This document shows positions 1 through 12,556 of a DNA stretch of 64,000 nt, in pieces. The stretch's first letter is position 1, and each line of letters begins with the position of its first letter. The stretch is taken from contig NMRA01000092.1 in the NCBI GenBank assembly GCA_002633005.1, positions 975,898 through 1,039,897 of the forward strand, given 5' to 3'. Made by a program: the position numbers and the translations under genes. A model generated the notes under the pieces. That model was not told the origin of the DNA. It made no database searches and saw only the letters and a list, made by a program, of their open reading frames with translations. The stretch comes from Phoronis australis (taxonomy: Eukaryota > Animalia > Phoronida).

Positions 1-959
1 TTTTCACTTAAACGGCTGCAACATGCAAGGGGAGTGCTGGTTAGCTCCCAGATTTTGTGTACACAGGCCGACTGTCGTTAGCTCTGCCGTGGAGTATTAA
101 TAGTCCAAGGCTCGATCTACATGTTGGGGACGAGGTGAACTACCCGGGCTGTGTGAAATTTCTGGGTCTAACGGAGACACTGACGCAGTGGTCAGCCAGC
201 TCGCTGTATCAAGACTATAGTCAAAATCCAAATTCGTTTTATCGTGTCCCTGTCAATAATAACGGCATGCTAAAGCCTTCTTAATTTTCGTACTTCAGGA
301 ACACAACAATCACGTGTTTTGTACACATACGCGCACGCCGCAGATCACATCTCGGAAATTGCCGATTTGACGGATGACAATGAATGAACACAATGAAATT
401 AACAACGTCGTTTTACAACTTGTAAGATTCATAATAAATGTACATATTTTGAATATTGCAATGCATGTGTTCCAAAATCTAAATAACTTGGGTCCTATAT
501 TTTTGTATTAGTGCGCGCCGAATGAAAGTAATCGTGAGTGTTGCTGTGTTGCAAAATCTCTTATCCTGGGCCGATTTGAAAAATTCAAAGTTGTACTCAT
601 ATTTGTTTTCGCTCCTCTTTTCAAATATTACAGTAAAAACTACGTAAAACTCTCTCCATAAAAAGTACAGTCTGCTAGCTAGATTGTAATCAGCTGATCA
701 TATCCGCATGAGCGAAGCCAATTATCCTCACTCGTGAGTCGATGACTAGAGCAGCTTGGCGGCATCCCTTTGATCGTGAGCCGAGTGCGACTCAGCCAAG
801 GTGGATAAATACAGTCTAGTTCAATTTTCCATACCCCACCGTTCACCTTAACCACTGGGGTTTGGACCAATCTTATTTAGTGGGAATGTTCATAGCATGT
901 TCTACAGTTGTTTGATAAAATCGTCCTTCAGTGATGGGAGACTTCAGAAAGGATGTGTA

Positions 960-3870
960 AGCTTTGGCAATAATAAAGATTTCACAATTTTTCCCAGAAC
1001 ACAGGTATCTACTGGACCAACAGCGCGAGAGATTCTGAACAGGTCTGGAATAACTTTTGCAATCTAGTTCAAACCAATAATTTCGACTAGATTCATGCTA
1101 AATTTAATACCCTCTTTTTAACCAATGTAAAGTTTTTACAAAATCAGGTATCATACTTCCTGTTTCCAATCCATTTCAACTCAATATTAGGTTTAAGACC
1201 GTAATAGCAAATTGGTACAGAAGATCCAGTGCCTTATTGAGAAACCAACAGTTACACTCGTTGCATCGCACTGGAGAATTGTTACTTCTCGAGTACCACA
1301 GTTAATTCATTAATATTTTCAAGCATGTAGCCCAAAATTTCAGTGCAAAGCGCAAACAAATAAGCTAAGATTGGATCCCCTTGTTTGCACCCTCGTTTAA
1401 CTTGAAAAAGTCTGGGAGGCAATGCCAATTTGCATGACGCAAATTTGTGAGTTTTCGTACAACATTTTTATCCTTTCACAAAAAATATCTCCAAACTCAA
1501 ACATCTTAAGAACATTAAACATAAAATGCCTGGACAATGAATCAAATACTTTCAAAATTCACTATTGCTACAGGACCCAAAAGTTTTCTTGAGTCAGTAT
1601 TATGCAAAATGTCATAAAGAGTTCATGCGTTTTCACCAATATATCAACCAGATAAAAAGTCTGTCTGATCTGGGTGAACCAATTTTTCAAGAACTTTTTT
1701 AGTCTTTGTGCTAAATGCGAAGACAAAATGTTATAATTAATATTTAACAAACAAACGGGTTGCCATTTTTTATAAATTCTTTGGCCTTACTGGGTTTTAA
1801 CAGAAATTTAATTATTCCCTGCAGTTGTCAAGTGGAGAGAGTATTCATTTCAAAACTTTACTGATATTCTCAATTCCACATGCAGTCTCAAGAAGTATAT
1901 AGTTTTTCGTAAGATTTTAATTCAATTAAAACTTCCTTTTGTTTTGTCAAAGTTTCACGCGAGGTCTTTATCACCCTAGTTATTATTATCTTAACTAAAT
2001 TTCGGTTTTCTTAGCCACAAAAGTACCTTTATTGCCTTATCACCTTCTTCAATCTTAAGCCTTTCATAAAATTTTCTCATTTTTTTTCCAAGTGGACATT
2101 GCATTCCTGCATTAACTCTTCATCAGCTGATGCTTTTAGTTCTTGAAACAATATTTGAAAAACCGCTGTTTTTTGATTAATTCAATCCTCCTGAAGCTTT
2201 TGTTTTTGTTTCAACATTGCAACAGGAAATGTTATAGCAATTGTCCTGATGTTGTTCAAAAGAACACCAAAAATAAAAAATGATCAACAATCAGGTTAAT
2301 ATCCTTTAATAATTCTTCATTAAAGTGTTTCTTACGCTATCCACCATGTTCAAAAACTCAGTGCTGACTAGAAAATAATCTAATATCATATAAACATTTT
2401 GCAAGGTCGTTCTTCTTAAACAATGTAAAACATGGGTTTTCAGAATTTGCTATCCTCAATGGGTACACAAGATTAAAAGATCTTATACATTTATTCTCAA
2501 TTTCCATTTTCTCAAGTAATTGAAGCAATCTAGATTATAATCTTGAACAACATTCCAGTCACCACAGAGGACAACAAGAGCATCATGGGGCATTGAAATG
2601 CACTACAAACAGTGTGCTTCTAGGGGTGTTTATTTGTATCATAAAAATGGCTACTAGATGGTGCTAAATAGGTAAAATCCAACCAAAACGATAATATGCT
2701 ATTATTTTTTAATAGAAAACTAATTACTGGATTTCATTAAAATTTGTTGATGAACTTTAGACAAACCAAGGAAAGCGGAAAATATGAAATAGCCTCTAGG
2801 GACCACAACGTTTGTCATATCCGTCTGAAAGTTGTCGTCTGTAGTCAACTTCATATTAATACACTTAGTGCTAAATTTAATAAGTAACCTGCAATGGGTT
2901 AAGAGGATACAGCAAAAAAACTGTCACTAGGAGGCACCACAGTATTCAAAGTCATTATCGCAACTGTCCCCATCACACTGAGAACACTTATGCCAATTTT
3001 TACAATCGTCCTTAGAATGGTTTGGTTGATAGAGAACCTTTGAAGATACAGACTAGGTAAACAAAAACTAAAATTGCCACTAGGGGGCATACTGGTAGTT
3101 GGTTCCATTCAAAAGTTTGCTCATGCTGTCCCATTGATGAGTGGAACATACGTGAAAAACTAGGTTTTGAAGGCAGAGCAGTAGACGCCGGACGGACGGA
3201 TGGGTACACGGACAGGGATGACTGCATGATGTGTCCACATCTAAAATCGTGTGCACATAACAAAATCCAAATCCACTTTGTCCATTTTATCTTTAATGTT
3301 TTGAAAAAAATCAGAATCATCGGCATTCGGCCTATATGAATTCACAAGAAATATTTCAAATTTTTAACTGCCAAAAAATTGCCAACTGAGTCCTTATGAA
3401 TACATTCAACTTCATACTCAAAATTCTTGTTAAATAAAATGGACACATATCCTAGAGTTTCCTGCTCCATGATGGAAATAACAATCTTACCCTCACTGAG
3501 TTCTCACTATGTTTCAATATCACTTTTAAAATGCTCAATATAGTTAAAGACATCTTTTCGTTTAGATGAAGAATCCAAACCTCTGCAATTCATGGAGACA
3601 ACAAAAATCATTGTGTTGTTTTAGGGACTGAAATTTCCTGCAAGTATGATATGCCAAAAGTGCCTGAGGCAAGAGAGAATACTAACCAGGTAAGAAAAAA
3701 ATAGACCGACAGCCTTAAAAAAGACATTGAGAGAGTTCTTGGTTAACTGTATTTAGTGCATGTAGCTAACAAACATAGGAATAGTGTCCAAATTCCTGAG
3801 AGTATAAACTTCTCCCTCTATGACCAGTTTGTCTCTACTGATAGCAAGAGTTGGCAAACCAATTGTTTAT
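960..3870 (-). mobile_element. Decayed L1/Tx1-like LINE (ORF1 end, APE endonuclease and RT fragments), interrupted by a nested insertion
   Basis: Minus-strand motifs: ISRDKLVIEGEVY (~3800-3845, ORF1 C-term-like), SMNCRGL (~3580), NSYRPN (~3330), LCGDWN (~2560), NWQPVCLLNINYNIL (~1750), RGCKQGDPILAYLF (~1380). Many stops and frameshifts; boundaries approximate. Confidence 0.8.
2573..3259. mobile_element. Non-autonomous Helentron-associated (DINE-1/HINE-like) insertion nested in the LINE endonuclease
   Basis: Splits the LINE frame ...VDLDF|VVLCGDWN. Begins aacaagagc, has a GGAC microsatellite near 3190 and a short terminal hairpin, and sits in an AA/TT site, matching the DINE-1-type layout. 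Confidence 0.6.
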
Positions 3871-4969
3871 CTTTCTCATTATCTGTGTTTATCTGATAAC
3901 GTCACATAGTCTGGCAATTATTGTAAACAGGGCATCTGACACTAACTGATATTTAAAAATACTACTTCCAAACAAAGTTCAACAAATGTCATGAAGAAGA
4001 TTTTGTTTAATAAATACTATCACCAAAAAACCTTCAAATGGAGAAAAATGTTCGAATTTCAGAGAAATATGGCTCAATTTTCACCTGCAGATTGGCGAAC
4101 CACTATCCCCTTGCCATACCACAGCATTGTGTGCCGACACAATAGTTTGTCTAGTTGATTCTAGATCAGATAATAATGTTGCAAATTTCTTGGTTTTAAC
4201 AGTCCAGGGTAACGGTACATAACAAGGACACAGTTCTCTTTATATCCTTCGAAATGCGAGCGTTGGTAAAATGACGACATGCAGTAAAAATATAAGCAAA
4301 TACATATTCCAGTACGTCCATTGGACAAACTAATTGCGTTAAGACATAAAAAACTATAGTCAAGGGCGCATCGTAAATATTTGACTATTTACAATAAAGT
4401 TGAAGGGACACAAGTTCGGCAAAAGAAAATAAAGCTACAACATTAGAGACAGGGCATATCGTAACTTCAAAATCTGATCAGTCTCTCAATAATTCAAGCT
4501 AGGTTGCTCGAACGAGAGCTTCTAAGTCACTATCAAAATACAAAATAGAAGTTCTTTCTACTATTTGAGTACAAGTTTGTAAACGGTGAGCATGAAGAAA
4601 ATAGTCCTTGATGGGGTTTCAAATGAAAATTTAACCTCCATGTCATGGATCAAGTACTAGTGAGACCGGCACATCCTGATTTGCCATGAGTGGGATGTAT
4701 ACAAGCATCTGCAGATATCCAAAACTATAAATCATGTTAGTCCTCGCCAGGGGTCGCTGTGCCTTGATATTGATCTGCATCACTAGGTTTAAAGTTCTTC
4801 TAAACATGATCTATATAATGAATTTCAGTTTGCAATTTACAGGTTTTACATTTTTCATTAATGATTTTACTGCAAACATGTTCATCTTTACATATTGTGT
4901 CTTGAATTGAGATTTTACTGTATTCTAAATGGAAAATAAAAATCAAATCAAGAGATGGACAATGCTCAC

Positions 4970-5138
4970 CGGTAGGCGTTGCTCATCTGACGGTGGTGGG
5001 CAGGGTTCTGGCTCAGTAGGGTGACAGTTGTTCATCAATCTCACAGGCTGACGGTCGATGAGAGTCGGTGCGGGGTCGAAAGGTGGGGGAGGTGCATCCG
5101 TCGTGGTCGGTCGAAGAGGGCAGCATCCAGAAAAGAAG
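4970..5138 (-). CDS. Coding exon 2 of an unidentified gene (Pro-rich; FFSGCCPLRPTTTDAPPPPFDPAPTLIDRQP...EQRLP)
   Basis: Acceptor tttattttccatag, donor CCG|gtgagc, 169 nt with one open frame (phase 2 to 0), GC-rich relative to flanks. Confidence 0.65.
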
Positions 5139-5423
5139 CTATGGAAAATAAATAAAGTTCATCCATTAACTCCAAATTCACAGTGGGGTACCTTTAGCAA
5201 TTTTGCTCATGACGGTGTTTTTTCGTTCAGTGACTTGACCAGATGTATAGGGTTGTGAGCATGTGATAACATCTAGCTTCTTTGAATTAACTGCCAAACA
5301 CAGTCTTTTGTCTGGTATGACAACAGGCAGGCCAATTATCTACCAGGATTATTACATTAACCATGTGTGAACATGTAGTGAAACCCAAAGCGAGTTGGTA
5401 TATGTTCGGAAAGAATAGATTAC

Positions 5424-5437
5424 CTCCATTCTGACAT
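5424..5437 (-). CDS. Putative first coding exon (MSEW/S) of the unidentified left-edge gene
   Basis: ATG TCA GAA TGG AG|gtaatc; phase 2 matches exon 4970-5138. Confidence 0.5.
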
Positions 5438-6170
5438 TTATGGTTGGAGGGCCAGCTCTCTTTTGTTCAATAATTGCTCTAATCTCCAATAAGATCGTAT
5501 CTACTCTGACTGGGTTGTGCTGTTAAAAATAAAAGTTAAGTTATAACACATTTGAGAATAAACCAGCATTTCTGAAATCTTTGTCAAATGGTGATTGTGT
5601 TTAGTTTTTGAATCACCAAAATCGCCCAACTGTGTGCAACCAAAGTTACGACAATCTATTAATTCTTTCCGAATACACCAATTCACTCTGAGTTTCACAT
5701 GTGGTCTGTTATAAGCCTGCTAGATAATTGGCCTTCTTGTTGTCGCAACAGACAAAAGAGTGTGCTTGGCAGGTAACAAAGAAGCTAGATGTTATCCGAT
5801 CACACGCTCAGAACCCCTATACGTCTGGTAAAGTCGCTGAATGGGAAAATGCTGTCATGTTACAGTACAGAGTACGTAATGCATTTCGCAACAGGCGCAA
5901 CTATAAAATGCTTCTAAAGTTATCAGTTGAGATTACAGGCATTTACTTGCACACCACTTGGACTCAAATGACACTATAATTGTTTTGTTTGGAGATGTAG
6001 CACATTAACTAAAATACTATGAATTAAAATCATTTAATTTACCATGCAAATGACTTCACATCATTTCCAAGACCTATACTACAATTAACATGAACTTGAT
6101 ATAAACTTTGATGTCTCTCTCACAAGACCATAATGAAAGTGATGTCTATATAATGTGCATTCACAAATGT

Positions 6171-6269
6171 CAAATAACATTACCAAATAACATATTACCA
6201 AATAACATATTACCAAATAACATTACCAAATAACCATACCAAATAACATTACCAAATAACATTACCAAA
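6171..6269. repeat. Minisatellite (TACCAAATAACAT)n, about 7 copies of 13-15 bp
   Basis: Directly visible tandem units. Confidence 0.9.
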
Positions 6270-7501
6270 GTACTTCTTATTCCCACCAAATACTGTATTC
6301 TCCTCTGTCTTGAAATCAGTTTTAATTTTACTTTTAAACACAGCAAGTATATACTTAGTAATTTACCCTAGACTAGTACAAACAGTTCAATTCATAGAAA
6401 ATGCGAAAGAATGCGGACTGTGAACGATTTTTAGCCTTGCCAAACATCTTTGCAAACCAACTCTACAGTATCATTAGCGGCAGCAAGGTCGAGTACATGA
6501 GTTATCTGGGACCTGCTGCGGCAGATTATGAGCTAGGCAATGTACATCGCTTAAATGGCCAACCGAGGGGCTACGTGTTGCCTATTTATGAGCTTGACAT
6601 CGCGATAGCCGAAAAGGACATCCATAGCTGAAATGCCAACAGGTTCTACGAAAAATGCACACTGACAATTCACCACACACGAACATATCGCTATGAAGCA
6701 CCGAATTGTCTGTACAACCGACCACAAACTATAATATTCCACACTTACAGTTCTTCCATGAGACATGCCGACCGGTTTGTTTACGTAAAAGCGCTACCTG
6801 TTGATAATTCGACAACCCAATCAGAACCGCCGATGAAATAATGCGTAAAGGCGAACGTAGGGCAGAGAAAACTATGAAAACAAAAAACGGCACTCGGAGA
6901 TGTTTAGAGTTGCTGGTCATGTTTCTGTGAAGTAAATGATGTCCGCGGCATGATCATAGAGATTTTACCGCCGGACAGCATGCAACTAGCATGATATATT
7001 TAAACATTTTTGTCCGCTTGAGATTTTGCTCCACGTGACCCTTTTTCGACGTATTGGAAATCATAATAGAAATCTGTTATCAGTGACTTTACTTCGTTGA
7101 ATTAATTCTTGTTTTTATCGTTTCCGCTACAAAAAGTTTGAGCAGGGCGTCATCATGTTTTTTGCATTTTTGCCTAATCTTTCATATATTTTGGACTTAA
7201 GTGCATTAAATTCGTATTTGTAGCAAGAATGGGGTTCAACAATCGATATGTCTCGTTTACACTTTTGTAGTCAAGGATTATTTAACCTCTAGGATGCTGT
7301 ATCTCCAACGATAAAAATTAGTATTCTAGACATGGTTTTTAATAAATTTCTTCAATGGTTTCCAAAATGTTGGTTCACGGTTTGCTTGTAATGAAACCCT
7401 ATGTTGGGCGATCTGGTCTGACATAATTGAAGGGTCTGCATGGGCGGCGCACCCGGCACTGAAAAAAAAGGTTAGGGCTATAACCCCCCCCCCCCCCCCC
7501 C

Positions 7502-8326
7502 NNNNNNNNNNNNNNNNNNNNNNNNNNNNNNNNNNNNNNNNNNNNNNNNNNNNNNNNNNNNNNNNNNNNNNNNNNNNNNNNNNNNNNNNNNNNNNNNNNN
7601 NNNNNNNNNNNNNNNNNNNNNNNNNNNNNNNNNNNNNNNNNNNNNNNNNNNNNNNNNNNNNNNNNNNNNNNNNNNNNNNNNNNNNNNNNNNNNNNNNNNN
7701 NNNNNNNNNNNNNNNNNNNNNNNNNNNNNNNNNNNNNNNNNNNNNNNNNNNNNNNNNNNNNNNNNNNNNNNNNNNNNNNNNNNNNNNNNNNNNNNNNNNN
7801 NNNNNNNNNNNNNNNNNNNNNNNNNNNNNNNNNNNNNNNNNNNNNNNNNNNNNNNNNNNNNNNNNNNNNNNNNNNNNNNNNNNNNNNNNNNNNNNNNNNN
7901 NNNNNNNNNNNNNNNNNNNNNNNNNNNNNNNNNNNNNNNNNNNNNNNNNNNNNNNNNNNNNNNNNNNNNNNNNNNNNNNNNNNNNNNNNNNNNNNNNNNN
8001 NNNNNNNNNNNNNNNNNNNNNNNNNNNNNNNNNNNNNNNNNNNNNNNNNNNNNNNNNNNNNNNNNNNNNNNNNNNNNNNNNNNNNNNNNNNNNNNNNNNN
8101 NNNNNNNNNNNNNNNNNNNNNNNNNNNNNNNNNNNNNNNNNNNNNNNNNNNNNNNNNNNNNNNNNNNNNNNNNNNNNNNNNNNNNNNNNNNNNNNNNNNN
8201 NNNNNNNNNNNNNNNNNNNNNNNNNNNNNNNNNNNNNNNNNNNNNNNNNNNNNNNNNNNNNNNNNNNNNNNNNNNNNNNNNNNNNNNNNNNNNNNNNNNN
8301 NNNNNNNNNNNNNNNNNNNNNNNNNN
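7502..8326. other. Assembly gap (N run)
   Basis: 825 N, preceded by a poly-C run. Confidence 1.
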
Positions 8327-10164
8327 GTTTTTTCAAATTATCCGGGCCAGTATTTTTTAAGTTGGATTGTCGTCAATATATACCATCTCTCATTTTACAA
8401 TCCTTGACTACGGACAGTCGACAGAGTGTAACTCGTGAACTCCATCAAGGGGCTACATTAGTTTTTGCAAATATATTTCTGTGGTTATAACAATGGCTGA
8501 CGTCATATGAATTTTTTCATGTTCTGATTACTGCTGGCCCCTGTGGTTGCGCTTTCTATATTTTGATTTCTTTGGTGAAATTCCATACATTTGGTCAAAT
8601 AGTTTCTATATCAAGGAAACAGAGGCACATGCACGTTTTCGAATGATTCTAACCTGTGCTGTCCCACCACACATCTAAGTTGTGCACAAGGTTACATCAC
8701 TCGTGTGATTATGTATTGTTAAATATTGTTTGCGGTAAGACATGAACTTAGATCCTAACTAATAACTTCGGTGTTGGGTTTTAATTAAATTCGTTTACAT
8801 TGAGTGAATAAATATTGTTTAACATTGTATTCTGACATAAACCACCTTAATTTTAGTTCTGTGTTTTGTTTAGTAATTATTTTAAGGTTTTAAATCTTCT
8901 CAATGGCTCTCTGCATGGCGGCACTTACATAGATAGCATTTACGGGATGCACAACTCCGATAGGTTTTTTTTAAACATTTTACCCTTATCAGTTCAAGAT
9001 TCATAACATGGGTTTGTTTTCCCGTTAATCGATGAACTGCACAGAAACAGTAAATAAAATGTACTCCCAAAACCTTCCAATTCATTTATTAGGTCTGCGT
9101 AAGCTATTCATTCAATGCTTGACAACTTTACATCATCAAAGTACTTTTTTCCTTCAAAATTAAAACCGACTGCGGTATACGCAATAAGCATCACCAAAAG
9201 TCCAGGCTTTCACAGATCGCGACTGTATTTGAGTATTTTAAGGCACGCACAGTTACAAAGTGCAGGTTACGACGTACTTTCTTTGCAATATTTGTCGAAA
9301 CATACAAAACGCAATTTGTACTATGAGCTTAATAACACAGAATCTTTTGGTTTGAATGAGCAGTCTCTCTTGTTCATAAAACCCACGACCGTGTTGTCTG
9401 TTTTATGGACAGAAAGAACATGTACTTGAGCAAATTATGATCCACAAAAGAAACGAGGATGAGAAAGGAAGGCTACATTTCGACGTGACTAGTTTTCAAG
9501 TATGCTTTTCGTTCTGTATATCTTTGTTATGTATCTTGTTCATTTGCTGTAGTGTACTAACGCCAGTATTGTTCGTCATGATTGTGAGATTATTTTAAAG
9601 TCGTTGGTAGAACTCAATTCCTCAATATCCAAGATTTTAAACCCCATAAAATACAAATAATTCGAAATGAATAAATATTGAGATCGTGTCAAGACCAACA
9701 AAAACAGTTTTTCCTGTGTGTTATACGTGATTTCGTCATTATTGCTTTCAGAACACAGTTTCTTGGAAATGAAGTAACACATTTTCTGGAAAACGCCACC
9801 GGCATGTATACAGTTGCTTTTTGATGTATTTCAATGACTCTAAGGGTCATTTTGTCAACATCGAAAATAACCCCGGGTCGTTTCTAACGGTGGAAAAGTG
9901 TCTCATGGGGACATTTTTTTCAATGCTAAGTGACTGTCTTGAAACATATGCATCGGCCATTGGCGAGAAAAGGTTAACTTGGATAATACTCTACCCTTTC
10001 CAATTCATTTATAAGGAGGGTCTCACTCATGAGCAAAATGATTTCCATTTTCCTCTTTTTTCCTATCTTATATCACTATTATGAATTTATTCATGCAAAA
10101 ACGTTTATTTCAATTATATTTTACAACACAAAAAGGTATCTATCACACATGCCTATTTATTTGT

Positions 10165-10209
10165 GGCCTGGAAAATTTCCGTTTTTGTCATTGGTCATTC
10201 CAAGCCCTG
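10165..10209. mobile_element. Terminal fragment of the CAGGGCTTGGAA hAT-like family
   Basis: ...gtttttgtcattggtcattccaagccctg, the same end as the copies at 20009 and 40099. Confidence 0.6.
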
Positions 10210-10329
10210 AATTTCATCTACTCTCATCTCATCTGCTCTCAGACAAAGCTATTGACTTGCAAATTAAAGAACATTTTTGGCCTATCATGCAGCACTCGGT
10301 AATGGCAATAAGAGTTTATGAAGCGGGGC

Positions 10330-11220
10330 ATTGCTAATAGAAGTGACACACCTGCGTCTATCCCGAAACGTAAGTTTAAAATGTCTGCCGGAGCACACAA
10401 AAGTGCCCTGTTATTGTCTTTAAGTTTGCTTGTATGGAAAATTACAGGTATCATAACATCTAAAAGTGCTGACCTGTCTTTTTTGCGTCATTTATTCCTC
10501 AAACGAAAATTCGCGATTGCTTTTACTACCAAAAGCATGCAGAAGCAGTGTTTTTGCTCAAACAGGAAATTCTAAGTGCAATAACGCCCTGGTGGCATTT
10601 TCATTTCCTTGTTTTTTCTTTTCTAGTCAAAGAAGAACACAGAAAGGCTGTGCCACAGAGAATGTTGCAGTTGAACAGTTTCGTGGTGTGTCAAAAATCA
10701 GGACATTTTGATGGTGGTTGGGACTGCAGAGTAAACCTTCAAAAAGTTCCACAGTCCTTGGCTACAAACCAAAACAGAGGGGGTGAGGGGGGGGCACTTT
10801 CGACGGTTTTAGTTATGCTTCCTTTGTATCAATTGAATGATTATTAGCAATCTAGTAATTTATTGATTAAAATTGTATATTAAAAGTAATAGTTCCTATG
10901 GAAGCTTTTAAGCTTCCAAAAGATGTCAAGAAATTCATGGAGTGGTTCTAAACAACGTTTCCAGGGAAATGCCAGCAAAGATGTTCCCCAATCAAATATG
11001 CATATCATCATGGCGGCGCTGGAGAAACCTACTAACAAGCTCGATGAAGGGTATCAAATACTCAACGCGGCTGTCGATGAAGTTAAAAACATCATCAGTA
11101 ATGTATAAGAGGACTGTTCTTCCAATATCAATTTTCCAATGCCAATGCCAGTCGTTGATTGCCTACCCTGGAATACCTTTTGTACACTATTGAGCCCGTC
11201 AATCACCATGGATGTCCCCT
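10330..11220 (-). mobile_element. Possible highly decayed Academ-like transposase remnant
   Basis: Minus-strand TSMVIDGLNSVQK and NENATRALLH weakly resemble the IDG..VQ and EEADTR..LH motifs of the remnants at 54.6-61.3 kb. Confidence 0.3.
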
Positions 11221-12387
11221 ACGTGTTCCTACATTTGTTACATTATTACTGCTTATAGATGATTGCATTGGCTTTTGAAGTACACATTCTGCTGACATAA
11301 AACACCTGGATAAGAACAAAAAAGATGTCAATTTTTTGAAGCAAGAGGAACTAAAGATCAAATACCAAAGCACCAGTCCTAGCTTTATGGATAAATTGTT
11401 ATACAGCTACTGCTATATAGGTTTATTAACCAGGTAAGTAAATGTACTATATTTTGAACAATTTCAACTACCCATGCTTTTGGGTTGACATAATTTTTGA
11501 AATTAGAAAGCCTCAACAGTTTGACATTTTACCCCTTATACGTATCTATCATAATTTGGGTCTTGATGTCATTCCTTTTTCTAAAATTTAGCAAAAAAGA
11601 AAGTTATGTTCAAAGCAGTGGTATCCACAACAACCAATTTTCAATTGATATAAATGTTCAAGATGAAATATTAAAAATTCTGGTGCAGCTTTCTAAATCA
11701 TCCCTTGGTTTTCGTTTCAGGAAACTTTTGTTGTTTTTTTTTTGTAAAATTCATGAAAGCCCTATCTCTTAATGCTCTTCTTGCAAAAATGGCATATTTT
11801 GAAAAATTTCCTAGCAGTATTTTGGAGAACAGTGTACAAAACATATGGTGGTATGCAGAAATTTCATATAAATCAAATTAGCCATCAATATTGATGTAAA
11901 ATAAGTTAGTCAAATTTGGTAATTTTTCAGGGGTACAACATGACCTTAAAGCCCACCCCTGACTTTGTGTTATCCAATTTTAAGACACAGGTCCTTAGGT
12001 CAACAAAGTATTTTAAGCTAATACTTTTTAATGTATCACTAAATATTTCCAATTATTTTGTTGCACTGTAAACATATATTAACATAGTTGAGTCATGACA
12101 ACGATCAAACAAAAAGTCCCATCCACCAGTCTTCAGTCTGTTGAGAGACAGACCATATACAATGTTACACCTAGTTTGACTATTTCCAACAAAGATAATG
12201 GTTTTCTTCAAGTGTCTTATAAAACATATTTTAGCACATTCTTCATTCAAACACCACCCACTTCTGAACAGTTTGAAGCACTTCAAGGACCAAAAATTGC
12301 CACTTTCTGAAAATACAATGAGGCTTGGATTCAGAAAATCATGTTAGGTTACCAAAAATAATCAAGACCCTCCCATGTCGAACAGTT

Positions 12388-12496
12388 CTACATGACATAA
12401 ACTTTCTCCGCTCCATCCAGGCAGTAAATATCCAACATCCAATGTCCAATAGTACTACATGACATAAACTTTCTCTGCTTCATCCAGGCAGTAAAT
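12388..12496 (-). repeat. 42-bp direct duplication of the last 13 codons plus stop of MAEA into its 3' UTR
   Basis: 12388-12429 vs 12455-12496, 40/42 identical, period 67 bp. Confidence 0.9.
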
Positions 12497-12556
12497 CTCC
12501 TTAGTCCTTGGACATACAACTTGCCCTTCGTTCATCCATGCCATTTCTGCAAGTGC
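12455..12556 (-). CDS. MAEA: MAEA exon 9 (terminal)
   Basis: [33 protein letters not shown]. Confidence 0.95.
   Translation of the reverse strand, partial: ALAEMAWMNEGQVVCPRTKEIYCLDEAEKVYVM

Noticed and set aside
7326-8336. 336-aa ORF
   Set aside because: Almost entirely an N gap translated as X.
12340-12457. Stop-codon readthrough of MAEA into the duplicated C-terminus
   Set aside because: The 67-bp period puts the copy out of frame, so readthrough would not repeat the peptide.
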